64,000 bases of DNA from Octopus vulgaris (lineage: Eukaryota). Positions within the stretch are counted from its first letter, which is position 1. Every line of letters begins with the position of its first letter. A program made the position numbers and the translations under genes. Of this stretch, positions 13,419 through 26,107 are shown in pieces. Where the stretch lies: positions 7,006,001 to 7,070,000 of the forward strand of contig OX597824.1 of the NCBI GenBank assembly GCA_951406725.2, given 5' to 3'. The notes under the pieces were generated by a model. The model searched no databases. It saw only the letters and a list, made by a program, of their open reading frames with translations, and had not been told where the DNA came from.

Positions 13419-13720
13419 AACAACAAACAAGATGAGGAGAAATATCCGTCAAGTGTAAATAATGTACATAATTCCTCATCCCTTAAATATAGAACTGTGT
13501 AATCAATAACTCTGAGACTTTATATTAAGCTTTTACTCCTTTACATGATAAAAACAAAAACATTAAGAAGGGAAAACCATTACGAAGGTTTGCATTTGAC
13601 GAATTATTATAATTTCGAGTCAGTCATTTTGCCTTCAATATGGAAGACAAGCGTCAGACAACCAAAGACAACCTGGTTTATTTCTATTGTTTTCTTTTAA
13701 TTCGCAATATTTCCTAAATT

Positions 13721-14135
13721 GGGCCACGGGAGTGGTTGTGTGGTAAGTCGCTTGCTTACGAACCACATGGTTTCGGGTTCAGTCCCGCTGCGTGGCACTT
13801 TGGGCAAGTGTCTTCTACTATAGCCTCGGGCCGACCAAAGCCTCGTGAGTGGATTTGGTAGACGGAAACTGAAAGAAATCCGTGGTATATATGTATGTGT
13901 GTGTATATGTTTGTGTGTCTGTGTTTGTCCCCCCACCAACATCGCTTGACAACCGATGCTGCTGTGTTTACGTCCCCGTAACTTAGCGGTTCGGCAAAAG
14001 GAACCGATAGAATAAGTACTAGGCGTACGAAGAATAAGTCCTGGGGGTCGATTTGCTCAATCGACTAAAGGTGGTGCTCCAGCATGGCCACAGTCACATA
14101 ACTGAAACAAGTAAAAGAGTAAAGAGTAAAAGAGA
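13721..14135 (+). mobile_element. SINE family A, full length, CpG-rich copy
   Basis: Colinear with 4366-4800 and 63347-63775. Confidence 0.9.
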
Positions 14136-14480
14136 GAGTAAGAACTTTACTGTAGTTTGTGTGAAAAGAAAATTGCTCAAGGTAACATGTGTGCTTAACT
14201 TCCACATAATATTTTTCTTAATAAGAACGATGTTGAGTTTTTTTGTGAGGTTCACACAACAGTTTAGAACTGATTGTAAATACAATAGTTGACAGTTTAT
14301 TCAGATTTCTTTGTGCGTCACCTGAACTAATAGCCAAACAGAATATTTTTTTTAATGTATTTATTTAAACCGGGGAGCACTGCTGTGGAGTAGGCATACT
14401 CTACGACGAAACCAGGTCCCAGGTTGGACCAGCTGTTTGCAGTCGGAAATTCTGGCGAAAATCCTATCGAAATACTCTCG

Positions 14481-14527
<47 letters not shown>

Positions 14528-15144
14528 TGTGCTGTGATGCGATGATAAGGATGAAAGTGTAGAGAAAACAATACACTTTGTGTTTGAAGTTTACTGTTTT
14601 ACAGATGTATAGAATAAAGCGAACGTTTGCGTAAGAAGTTTGTTGTTTAATCAAGAATATCAGGTGTGAAGATAACTTTTCCCCTTCATCCTGTCGGAGC
14701 CATGTAAACCCTTAAAGAGGTCATAAGAGCTGTTCTGCATCCCCTGATTAAACGATAAATTATAAGATAAAAATAAAGGTAAAATACCTGTGATAAGAAT
14801 CTGATCTCTAGATAACAAGGGTTACCCCACGGCTGTCGATAGGAAACAGCTTATATATATATGATAGTATATAACGAAAGTTATGTTAAGGATATTTCGA
14901 TGCCGAAACTGATTCATAACTTTAGATCATAACCAAAGTTATCTTACGGAGATATCTTAGAGATACAAAGCTTATAGATAACTATAAGTAAAGTTGGCAG
15001 ATAACTAAAATTAATTGGTACTTTCGGAAATTTGAGCTGAAAACATGCTTCAAAATGTTAATATTTCAGAGTAAAACGAAATTCTTAACCTTATTCAATC
15101 TTTATTCCTTTCCTTCTCAGTATGTGTGTGTGTGAGGGTACTTT

Positions 15145-15339
15145 ATGTATGTATGTATGTATGTATGTATGTATGTATGTATGTATGTATGTATGTATGT
15201 ATGTATGTATGTATGTATGTATGTATATGTGTATGTATGTATGAGTGTATGCATATATCTATCTATCTACCTACCTATCCATCTATCTATTTCGCTAGCT
15301 ATCGATCTATATATCTATCAATATATCTATCTACCTACC

Positions 15340-15378
<39 letters not shown>

Positions 15379-15432
15379 CTGTATATATATCAATCTATCT
15401 ATCTACCTGTCTATCTACCTACCTATCTATCT
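15145..15432. repeat. (TATG)n/(TATC)n microsatellite
   Basis: Direct reading. Confidence 0.93.
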
Positions 15433-16744
15433 GTCTTGTTTAGGCCAAACCACTTGCGTATGTTTCTGTTAAATTCAACGATTAAACTTATAATCAGGCA
15501 CGGCATAATTTAATATAAGGTAGAGAACTTCGAACCAAACGTTGAAAATAAATAACAGATCTTTTGCTCTTTCCTATCACGAAGAGAATACCATTATAAT
15601 AGCGCTTTACGTTCTGCTTCGTTCGCAGAGTTTCGATTAATTTCTTTATCCATTTCTTGATAGCTTTTGAATGCAAAGAGAATTTCATAACGCAATCAAC
15701 AAGATAAATATACTTGGCAAACTTCTGTGGTTACAGACTGATATCTTATTGTAAAGTTTACGTTAGTTTTTGCACGTAACTACAAGAGAATACACACCAA
15801 TCAGACAATACTGATTTATCAAAATGTTGTGTTGGATATTTTTCATCGATTTTTTTTTTTTTTTTTTTTTCTTTTATTTAGCAAGATACACAGTGTCTAT
15901 TATGAGAGGCATATGATATAATCTATGAGCGTTACCGTTCTTGAGAAACTAATCAAAACATCAGTTGTCTGATGTATTACTGTCAGAAATGACTCATATC
16001 TCTGATCTGTCGCGTATGCTTTAAAATAATAGGAATTATGAATACTGTATATATGGATATATATATATGTGGATATATACATTATTTGAATCAGAGAAAA
16101 ATAAAAAATAAAGTGTTTAAAAAAACCAACAAACTATTCCTTGGTAAAAAAAAAAGCTCTTACCAAGTTTTGACTAAAAAAGGATTATCTATATTTAAAT
16201 TTCCTACAGATATCTAGTATTTGGTGTAAATGTGATTTTGGATAAATTTTGTCTACTCTTTATAGATAAAAAGATAATTGTGTTGTGTGTGTTTGTGAAA
16301 GAGAGTGAGTGAGAGAGAAATCGTTTATTATTTATATTGCATGCATATATAAATATATATCAATTCTAAACTAGCAAAATTCTTGTAAATCAAATGTTTT
16401 AGAGGCATTTTAAAGTTGAGATCGTAAACATGGATTGAACAATGCTAACATATTTTCAATATTTCCCGAACAACAGATATTTCAATTGAACGCCACAAAC
16501 TCGGCTTTCCAATAGTTTAAATTGAATAAACTCACATTGAAAAAAAGAACTAAACACTCCTGCCATGTTATATATACATCTCTAAGGAATTAATTACTGC
16601 TAGGCATAATTTTACAGAAAGAATTTTGATGTTTTTGTTCACTAGTATATTTATGAAATATCTTGGGGATTAATCAAATCTCCTTCATATTAATAAAATG
16701 CAGATATTTGTAATTCAGACATTAAGATTTTGACAGAAGGCTAG

Positions 16745-16918
16745 CAATTCCAAGGGAGGTATAAGTCGATTATATCGACCTCAATGCTCAACTGGTACTT
16801 ATTTTATTGACCCTGTAAGGATTAAAGGCAAAGTCGGCCTCGGCAGAATTTGAACCCAGAACAAAAGAGAGACGAAATGCCGTCAAGCATTTTGCCTGCC
16901 ATGCCTGCTCGCCGCCTT
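16745..16918 (-). mobile_element. SINE family B
   Basis: aactggtacttattttattgaccc..aaaggcaaagtcggcctcggcagaatttgaac..gctcgccgcctt matches the reverse complement of 56103-56270. Confidence 0.85.
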
Positions 16919-19900
16919 AATACAGATAAATATTACAACACCATCACATTAGAAGCGACTGACAGTTTTTACACAATGAAGGACTCTCAGTAAACGTCCT
17001 GTTGTTATTCTGAAATAACCTTAAGATAAAAACATCAGTTTAATAAATTTATAATCTCCATAAATGTATTTATTAATCAAAGTGAGATTACACCCTCTAT
17101 ATAATATAATTTGAATGATTTCAAAGATTATTCACTCAAGATTAGACCAGTCTTTATTAAAACCACGTATGAAAGGAAGAACATCGTGAAAGGAGTTGTC
17201 GTTGGTGTCTTCAAGTTTGCGATGGTTTGTTTTAGAGGCAGCAGTGGTTAATTCGTGATTTGGTCCTTTGACCCTATTTTTGTGCTTGATGAGCAAGATT
17301 CTTGATGTTAATTCGTATGTTGAAACCAATTTTGCTGTGTCGTACGAGAGACATTACGCCAATAAACCAATAACGCGTATACACCATTTTGTTTATGCAG
17401 ACGACAGCTCGTACGATTCTTACAATTGAGTGACGCTTGTTATTCATGAAAGAAAAGCTCAAGCCAATTGCTGAAGTGAAATTTAACAAACTTAAGCGGT
17501 GAATTTACAGCAATTGCTTATGTTTTACAAGATAAAGGAGGATTAATAGAAGAAATCAAAGAGATATCCCCAAATTCCATAAACGATTGATTGTTTTATG
17601 GTACATGTACGTTTAAGAATAAGTTTTAAAGCCTATCAATAATAATGGTTTCTCATTTAGGTACAAGGCCAACGTTTTTGAGGAAGGGGACAGTCAATAT
17701 CAGCTACCCCTCCCTTAGTTTTTGACTGGTACTTTATTTTATCAGTCCCGAAGGGGTGAAAGATGACGGCAACGGAATTTGAAACCAGAGCATAAAGAGC
17801 CAAAAGAAATACTGTAAAACATTTTGTTCCATGATCTTTAAGATTTTACCAATGCGCAATATCAATTATTGTTTATGATCTGTTGACATCTTCTGAAAGG
17901 AAGAACTGTCTGCTATTTTAAAACCATGATGTAGTTACAAACTATTTTCGTTGTTAACTAAAAATACCTAAACATTAATAACCACTTCGTTTTTAGGTCT
18001 ATTTTCTAGGCTGACTTGGGTTGCATAGATGTACCATTTAGGCACTGTTCTTCAGCAGATACCCTTCCCATGGTCAACCATTACCTGTGTTTCAACCAGG
18101 GGATTTTTTTACTCTATATGACTTCTAAGGCACCAAGCCAACGAACGATTTGTTGACGGGGAATTGACAACAAACGCCATCGTTTGTAGCTTGCCGATTT
18201 TCGGAGATACACAAATATGTAAATAAACACACGCACACATACAACAGGCTTCTCTCAGTTTCCCTTTACCACATTCACTTACAACGCCCTGATCGGCCCG
18301 ATGTTACCCGCACAAGTGGATCTGAAGTGAAATACTTAACCACAGAGTAATACCTGTGCTTATGTATACTCCTCAACCACATAACTTATTAATGTTTCGT
18401 TTAAACTGCTGTTGTTCAGGACATCAGTTACCGTCCATGCCCACCACGTTTTTCTACGTTATTTGGACGATTTTGCTTCTTTTTCTATCGTTTTGACCAG
18501 AATCATCTCCTTTTCATACATCAAGGGCAATTTTGTTCAAAGTACCTTTATTTTAAAACGATAGGATGTGATTTATCTACCACTTGTAGCATCTTAACAA
18601 CATCTTTCTACATCAGGGCCTATATTGTTGAATATCTCCAAGGAGACGTGGACACTCAAACCGCTACCAATAGAAACTAAATCTCCCTCAGATCACGCTC
18701 TATAGCCTTAAGAAAAACAGACAAACCTCTAATTTACATTATATAATACTTATTGATTATAATTTAAACATTTGAAAATGAAAAACTGTGATTTCTCTAC
18801 CAATGTCTCTATTAACTGCAATGGGGCTAAGTTCTACATGAACTGCATCGATTTCATTATTAAATCAATTATAGATAAATAGGAAAAAACAAGAGTGGAA
18901 AAAAAATGGACAAAGTAAAAGCTTGATCCACAATCTATTTGAAACCAACTCACCTGTGACCTTGCCTAGGTCTATAAAACGAACTTGTCTTACAGAGATC
19001 TATATGAAGACCTTCCATCAAAATCTGATGTTATTTTGTATTCCAAACACCAGATAAATAATGGCAAAGTTACTACGCCAAATTCTTCGTTGTTTTCAAA
19101 GTTAACAGAAAACAAGGACAGGGTTTTGTGTATTTCTGTAAAACTAACATTCACAGGCAAAACGAAAGTTTTCAGCTAATAAGAAATACAGGCCACTAGA
19201 TAAACATCAATGCCTTCCTAGGGAGTCAGGACCTTTGAATCATTCATACAATACTTGATTAGATTGGTATGGGCAGGGCATGAGAAGATGGGTGGTGCAA
19301 TTGAAAACAAAACCTTCAACACGGCAGTAAATAACTCACTTTAAATAGAACAGATTTCACCTTGGGTTATCAAAAAAAAAAAGGCAGATTGTATGTAAAT
19401 GTTCAAATATAAAATAACATGTTTCAATGTTTAACGAATATCCTCTGTACAATTCGTGACATTTTCAATGTTTGCTCTTCCAACAATAAGATTTGTCCAC
19501 ACAATATTTGAAACATATTTATCTAAATGCAAGAAAAAACAAAATAAAGTACATCAAGACAAAACAACAACAACAACAATAGTAATAATGATAATGATAA
19601 TAATAATAATAGTAATGGATAAATAAATAAGTAAAGTAATAAATGAGATCAAAGTAATATTTCTACTTTTTAGTGCATTATTGATTGTTAAGAAACTACT
19701 TTAGAAATCGATTATACAGAATGGAGAGATGCAATGACATATGCGGCTGGTATTGACATTGTAAGAAAATGTGGCAAAATAATAATAATAATAACAACAA
19801 CAACAATAATAATATTAATAATAACAACTGCAGCAGCAATAATAAAACAATGTTTATAGTTAGTGTAAATCCCTGGACATCATTTCAAAATGTACACACA

Positions 19901-20604
19901 CAAACGTACACACATATATATTTATATGTTTATAAATAAAACTCTATGCTTAAACCAAACATCAAAAGAGCCGTAGAGTTTCTAATTCATTAATTTCGAT
20001 TCATAAGAAAAAAGTCCATTTTATAATTCAAACAACACTCAGAGAAAAGAGCAACACAAACTCACAAAATGAAATGAAGAAGTTACATTAGAAGCAATTA
20101 TGATAAAATTATGATTCTATGCACACACAAATACACACACAAACACAAACACATATGTATATACACATACACACAAGCATGCTTACTGATTGTTTTATGT
20201 CCATTTTTTTCCATACTTGTATAGTTTGGACAAACACTGATTGCAGAGATGTTCTTTGAGAGCTGGGTGCTTCTCCTGTCAATAACCCTTCCTTGTATTT
20301 AAACATCCACGTGACCTTTGAACGTGCAGAGCTATGGGGCAATTTGTTAATTGGGGACATCAAGATAACATAATTGGTTTTGGTCACATGATTTTAGGTT
20401 AAGATTCAACATGCAAGTACTCACATGGAACACACATGAGGTGCGATCATGCAGTTTCCTTCGACTAACTCCACTTACAGAGCACTATTTAACCCAGGTC
20501 TATAACAGAAGATATGTGGCCAAAGTGTTACAGGTGAAATGGAACTTAGAGCCATGTGGTTAAGAAGCAAAATCCATACCTACACACTGCCTGACAGCAC
20601 CTGT

Positions 20605-21032
20605 ATAGGCGCAGGCTTGGTTGTGTGGTAAGAAGCTTGCTTGGCAACCACATGGTTCTGGGTCCAGTCCCACTGCATGGCACCTTGGGCAAACGTCTTC
20701 TACTGTAGCCTCAGATCAGCTGAAGCCTTGTGAGTGGATTTGGTAGACAGAAACTGGAAGAAGCCTATCATATATATATATATATTTGTGCTTGTGTGTG
20801 TCTTTGTGTCTGTGTGTGTACCCTGCCATCACCTGGCAACCGGTGTCAGTGTGTTTACATCCCTCCAGTAAGTAAGCAGTTCGGCAAAAAGGGACAACGG
20901 AATAAGTACTCAGGCTTAAAATAAACTAAAAAAAATAAAAAGGTACGGTGGGGGGGTTGATTCATTCGACTACAAATTCCTTATGGTAGTGCTCCAGCAT
21001 GGCCACAGTCTAATGATTAAAACAGGCAAAAG
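20605..21032 (+). mobile_element. SINE family A (diverged)
   Basis: ataggcgcagg head, gcaccttgggcaa core, gctccagcatggccacagtc tail. Confidence 0.85.
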
Positions 21033-21644
21033 AAATGGCATAAGGCATAAACATGTGTGTATATTAGCCACACACACACACACACACACAAGCATCATGA
21101 AGTGTGGTTAACTTGATAAAATGTTAAACTCTTATTGTCTACCGCATGAGCGTACATCCGGTGGCAATAATTGGTCTGCGTCTTAGAGCACGGTTCATTA
21201 CTCTGCCTTAGCGCCATGCTAATACAGAACATGCTGATGTGCTGCTTAAGTGAGAAGGAGATTCACTCGCAGCACCACAGACCTTAAAACGAATTAACAA
21301 TTTCCAGTGAGTTTAGCATGCCTCGTTGTTGTTCTTCTTCTTGTTATTTGTTTCACCTTCTCTGTTGCCAAGCAGGCAGAGCAGAGAAAATGGTTGTCTT
21401 CAGTTAAAATAGATTGGTGCAAACTCATAGTGCTTTCAACTAAAAGAGCAAAACGTTATCTTTGTAATACTTTAATGGATTCTCAGTTAAATCAAAATTC
21501 TACAGAAAACGAGAAAAAAGAAAATAGTTGTTATAACATGTATGCTTTTATATCACTAACAATCTCTTTGAATGGCCACATGTCGAGTCAGAAATATTGT
21601 ATCAAAATATAAAACACTTCTGCTATGAAATCAACATTATTCTT

Positions 21645-21855
21645 TTCTACTCTAGGCACAAGACCCTAAATTGTTGGGGAGGGTGCCAATCGACTAGATC
21701 GACCGCAGTACTCAACTGGTACTTAATTCATCGACCCCGAAAAGATGAAAGGCAAAGTCGACCTCGGCAGAATTTGAACCCAGAACATAAAGATAGACAA
21801 AATGTAGCTAACATTTCCCCTGGCGTGCTAACATTTCTGCCAGCTCACCGCCTTG
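21645..21855 (-). mobile_element. SINE family B
   Basis: caactggtacttaattcatcgaccccgaaaagatgaaaggcaaagtcgacctcggcagaatttgaac..ccagctcaccgcctt. Confidence 0.85.
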
Positions 21856-21949
21856 CACTCAACATATATTGAATTACTTAATCTATAGGCATAGCATCTA
21901 TGGTTAAGGAGCTTCCATTGTGATGGTTCAAGGTTCAGTTCCACCGCCT

Positions 21950-22282
21950 TTAGTCAAGCAAATCGACCCCAGGACTTATTCTTTGTAAATCTAGTACTTA
22001 TATCAGTCTCTTTTGCCAAACTGCAAAGTTACAAGGATGTAAACACATCAGCATCAGTTGTCAAGCAATGTTGTGGGGATGGGGACACAGACATACAAAC
22101 ATATACACACACATACATACATACGATGGATTTCTTTCAGTTTCTGTCTACCAAATCCACTCACAAGGCTTTGGTCAGCCCAAGGCTATAGTAGAAGACA
22201 CTTGCCCAAGGTGCCACGCAGTGGGACTGAACCCGTAATCATGTGATTGGTAAGCAAGCTACTTACCACACAGCCACTCCTG
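21950..22282 (-). mobile_element. SINE family A
   Basis: Reverse complement of the family A sequence. Confidence 0.88.
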
Positions 22283-22716
22283 TACTTGATACACACTTCA
22301 CAAAATCTCAGATATACTTTATAAAGTATTTCCTCACAGCCATAAATAACAATGACCAAATATCAGGATATCACATTATACATTCTGTTACCATATTTCT
22401 TTTCAGGCACACTGCCTTTGTTTCCATTCTCAATTTTATAAATAAGGAAGACTTTCATAAAATAACTTTGCCATTATTCTGCTGGTATTTGTCACATCAA
22501 TTGATGTGAAAGTTTGATGAGAGGTTTAATTCGTATCACTTTAAAACTAGAAGTTTGTACCATAAACCTATGACTGGTCTCAAGCAGGTTGGCAAGGGTT
22601 AAACTTAGAAAATGAGAATGGATTGCAACAAATTAGAATAAATGGAATGAATTTCATCTCTTACTTTTCCTCTAAATATGGGATTCTAAGTATTTTTCAC
22701 TTTGTAATCCACTTTG

Positions 22717-22739
22717 TAATAATAATAATAATAATGATG

Positions 22740-22797
<58 letters not shown>

Positions 22798-22812
22798 TAA
22801 TAATAATAATAA
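22717..22812. repeat. (TAA)n microsatellite
   Basis: Direct reading. Confidence 0.95.
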
Positions 22813-22995
22813 TAAAGAAAAGTAGAGAGATATGATACGTTGGTTTGGGAAGTTAAGCAGTTGTGGTTGATGAAAAAGGTGGTAGTAATACCAATAATTG
22901 TCAGAGCCCTGAGAACAGTGAACAAAAATCTCGAGAAGTATGTGGAAGAAATAAGGGCTGCAATAAGGGTGGAGCACTTGCAGAAAACAGCAAGG
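22813..22995 (+). mobile_element. Relic of an R4/Dong-like non-LTR retrotransposon (C-terminal restriction-like endonuclease region)
   Basis: Translation KVERYDTLVWEVKQLWLMKKVVVIPIIVRALRTVNKNLEKY...VEHLQKTA resembles the K..KY..L..E+..LW...V.V+P++IGALG...LQK.A end of RLE-clade ORFs; it directly abuts (TAA)n. Confidence 0.7.
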
Positions 22996-23275
22996 GGGCT
23001 TTCCATTGTGCTTATCAGAAAAGAAGGTGAATACCTGGTATGCATTGGAAAATTCTTCAAGACAGTCAAACATGAAACTGAATTTTCTAAAGCCTTAGAT
23101 TATTATTTTTTTTGTTTTAAGAATCTGCAATGCACCTAAATACCCTGGTGGTGCCAAAGTGCATCATAGTGAACTATCCGAAAACCACAGCTCTACATTG
23201 GCATTAATTGAGAAAGAGAGCAGAAGGATCATTCACCAAACATCTTTTCAGAATTTCAAACAGCATGTATATGTT

Positions 23276-23592
23276 CAGTGGCGGACTGGCCAGGTTGCCA
23301 GCTTGCCCGACAACATGTGGGCCCCTGCGCCATTACAATCTATATATGACGGCCCATGTTAATATCTAAGGGGCCCATCCCTTCAAGTTTGAGAATTTTT
23401 TTATTCACTCCTGGAAGAATGCATTAATTACTTCAGCCTGGCTGTGTTTGTAAACAGTCGAAAAGAATACTTTTAGCAAAAAACAAAAAAATTAAATGAT
23501 AGTATTGCAGTTGCAAGTAGGGCCCCTCGTAAATGCGGGTGAGCCCCCTTAGTCTCCTGGCAACCAATATTTTTAGACCCAGTCAGCCACTG
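23276..23592. mobile_element. hAT-type MITE
   Basis: TIRs cagtggcggactgg / ccagtcagccactg; near-identical 8-bp flanks tatatgtt / tatatatt; internal gggccc motifs. Confidence 0.8.
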
Positions 23593-24727
23593 TATATATT
23601 TACTTAGCACTGTCATCAATGACCTAAATATCCTGCAGTACTGAACTGTTGTTTGTATAGAGTAAGACGATATATTCGATTAGCATGGATAAAAAATACA
23701 GAACAAAAGACACATATTTAACTAAACCAATTAATAAAGAATGGCAAATAGCATTTAGCCAGAGAGCGTGTTTACTGTCAATTAATATCAATAGGAATTT
23801 AAATCAATTAGTCCTGATCAGTTCAATTATCATTTGCTCCTAATTCCTGCAGAGAGCCCAACAAACAGAAAACTGCAACTATTTCCAAAATATTACCAGG
23901 GCTTAATCCAATTGACATACATTTCTGTTGATGAATAATCTCTTTCTTTCCAGCTGTTGATTATTAGTTTAGCCAAGCATGAATCGGTATATAAGATGTG
24001 GCTGAATCTATTGTGAGGGTCATGACACCACCCATCTTCAACAAGGCAGGGCAAATTGTGTCCCTCTGTCTAATGGCCTCAATGAAAGAAGTTGTGTGGT
24101 GGACAAGACTGAAAGGGTTGAGGAAAGACACCTTCCTCTTCAGTTAAGTCCTAACTTTTTTTAAGGTCCACTTGGAAAGTAAATTGAGGGCGGAGATGGA
24201 AGTGCTACCCTGCAGTGAATTTGTGCAAAGATGGGTAAGAGTAACATAAATGGTTAGGGTGAATAGCTCTACAGAAGTATGCACCAATAGATTGGCGAGC
24301 ATGAGAGGGGGTTCATACATTTGGTGTTCAAGGGAATCCTGAATCTGTGGGGTTTCTTCATTGGCCCTTGTTAGAAAAACTGCATCATTCATCTTATCAC
24401 ATACTTTGTACACTACGAATACTTTTATTGCATTTCACCGTCATTTTCATTTGTTTTCTGACACCCTTTATGTGAATCCCCACAGGAATTGTCGTCTGTC
24501 CTTGACTTGCCCTCTCCCCATCTATGACCCTATGACTAAAAAAAGAAATTGTTATTAATATTAATATTATTATTATTATTATTATTATTATTACTGTTAT
24601 TATTGGGGTGATTCAAACTCCAACCTCTGACCACAGATGTGTTGCTTTTCACTTTGACTTATTCTACCTACTGTTGTGGACTTTGCTCCTCGGAGCTTGC
24701 GGGGATTCTCCCCACATCTACTGAAGT

Positions 24728-24905
24728 CATCCTTTAACGTCCATTTTCCATGCTGGCATGGGTTGGACAATTTGACTGGGGTCTGGGAAGCCAGGAGGCT
24801 GCACCAGGCTCCAATCTGATCTGGCAGTGTTTCTACAGCTGGATGCTCTTCCTAACACCAACCACTCTGAGAGTATAGTGGGTGCTTTTTACATGCCACC
24901 AGCAC
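24728..24905 (-). mobile_element. SINE family C 3' part
   Basis: tttaacgtccattttccatgctggcatgggttggac..ctacagctggatgc..cctaac.ccaaccact; homologous to 27123, 39244, 55075, 59975 and 62105. Confidence 0.85.
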
Positions 24906-25696
24906 AGGGGCCAGAGGTGGCTGGCAACGACCACGATTGGTTGGTGCTTTTTACATGCTACCAGTCAAGGTGGCCACATTTGGATGATGGTGCTTTTTAC
25001 TTGCCACTGGCACATGGATCACAGCTACAATTCCCATTTGATTCTGGTTTTGATGAAAATAAATGAATATATAAATGTTGTGCCCCAGGAGCCAATAACA
25101 ATGTCAATAACTAAAGAATTAAGCTTTTTCTAAGAATTTAACAACATGCCTACCACGTTCACACTTCCGATTAACTATTCTGGAAGCTACAACAAAGGAA
25201 ATGTTAAATAAAAGCTTTTCTTTTGCTTGGAAGTCCTTCAACTATGATAACACTCTTGTAACAGGAGATGATAAATACATCAAGAGATGCTTTTGGCTTC
25301 TGTGAGAAATAAATGTTGATATTGAAAATTACTGTTTTGAATAAGATGTTTTAAAATGCTTCTCAAGTCCAGCTCGGGAAAATAACAAGATGCTCTATAT
25401 TTATAGAAAAGCTTATCTATGCCAATTTTCAAAGCAACGTTACAAGGAAGTTTTACAAAATCTTCTCCAGAGACAAAAATTTTAAAGTAGACTAAGTCAG
25501 AGAAGTTTCTCAGAGTTGTAAAATAATGACATAATGCAGAGGGAAAGATTTCACTTTGAGAAATCTAGTGACATAATGTTTCTTTCAATTAAAGATAAAA
25601 AAAGATCTAAAAAGTAAGAGTCACGGACTCTGCATTCCTCTTAAACAAACCTAATCTTCGTTTGCTTCGTAACACCTAATTGCATAAAAAAAAAAA

Positions 25697-26107
25697 TTAC
25701 TATTTTTAAATCTCACAACGAGAGATATTCAGCAACAGTACTTTGGAGTAAAGATTGTTTGCCAGCATAACATGGCAGTCCTGGCTTAGGACGAATGTTG
25801 CTGTAATTTAGTCCCAGGAGATCAGTGACTAGTTGTCACTTTGGAAACGATATATTTCAAATGGGAATTAGGCAGCGCCACTTCTAGCCAAACAATTATT
25901 CTGTGCTGATGAAGAGAAATAACCCAGAAATCGTGATACACAGATATTGTTTTGAGCTGTGTAGGGATGCTAGATTCCCTTGTTTGAAAATATAAGGACA
26001 CAGATTGTGTCATATAACCAGCTGGAGACGATGTTTCCTGGGGCTAAATTACAGCAACATTAGTCCTAAACCAGGACTGCCATGCTATGTTGACAAAAAT
26101 CTTTACT
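25697..26107 (+). mobile_element. Penelope-type fold-back element with a hammerhead core at the apex
   Basis: Arms 25747-25905 and 25939-26107 are inverted; a direct homologue of core plus right arm lies at 57284-57541. Confidence 0.8.
25892..25950 (+). ncRNA. Type I hammerhead ribozyme motif (weak stem II)
   Basis: tctgtg-CTGATGA-agagaaataaccca-GAAA-tc-gt-g-ATA-cacaga: perfect 6-bp stem I, stem III AUC/GAU, AUA triplet; stem II poorly paired. Confidence 0.65.

Larger units (their letters stand above)
12855..13499. mobile_element. Palindromic non-autonomous retroelement: two divergent tRNA-headed, HHR-bearing units with a 12-bp TSD
   Basis: Left arm 12855-13124 is the reverse complement of right arm 13183-13466; taatcaataact is duplicated at 12843-12854 and 13500-13511. 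Confidence 0.85.
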
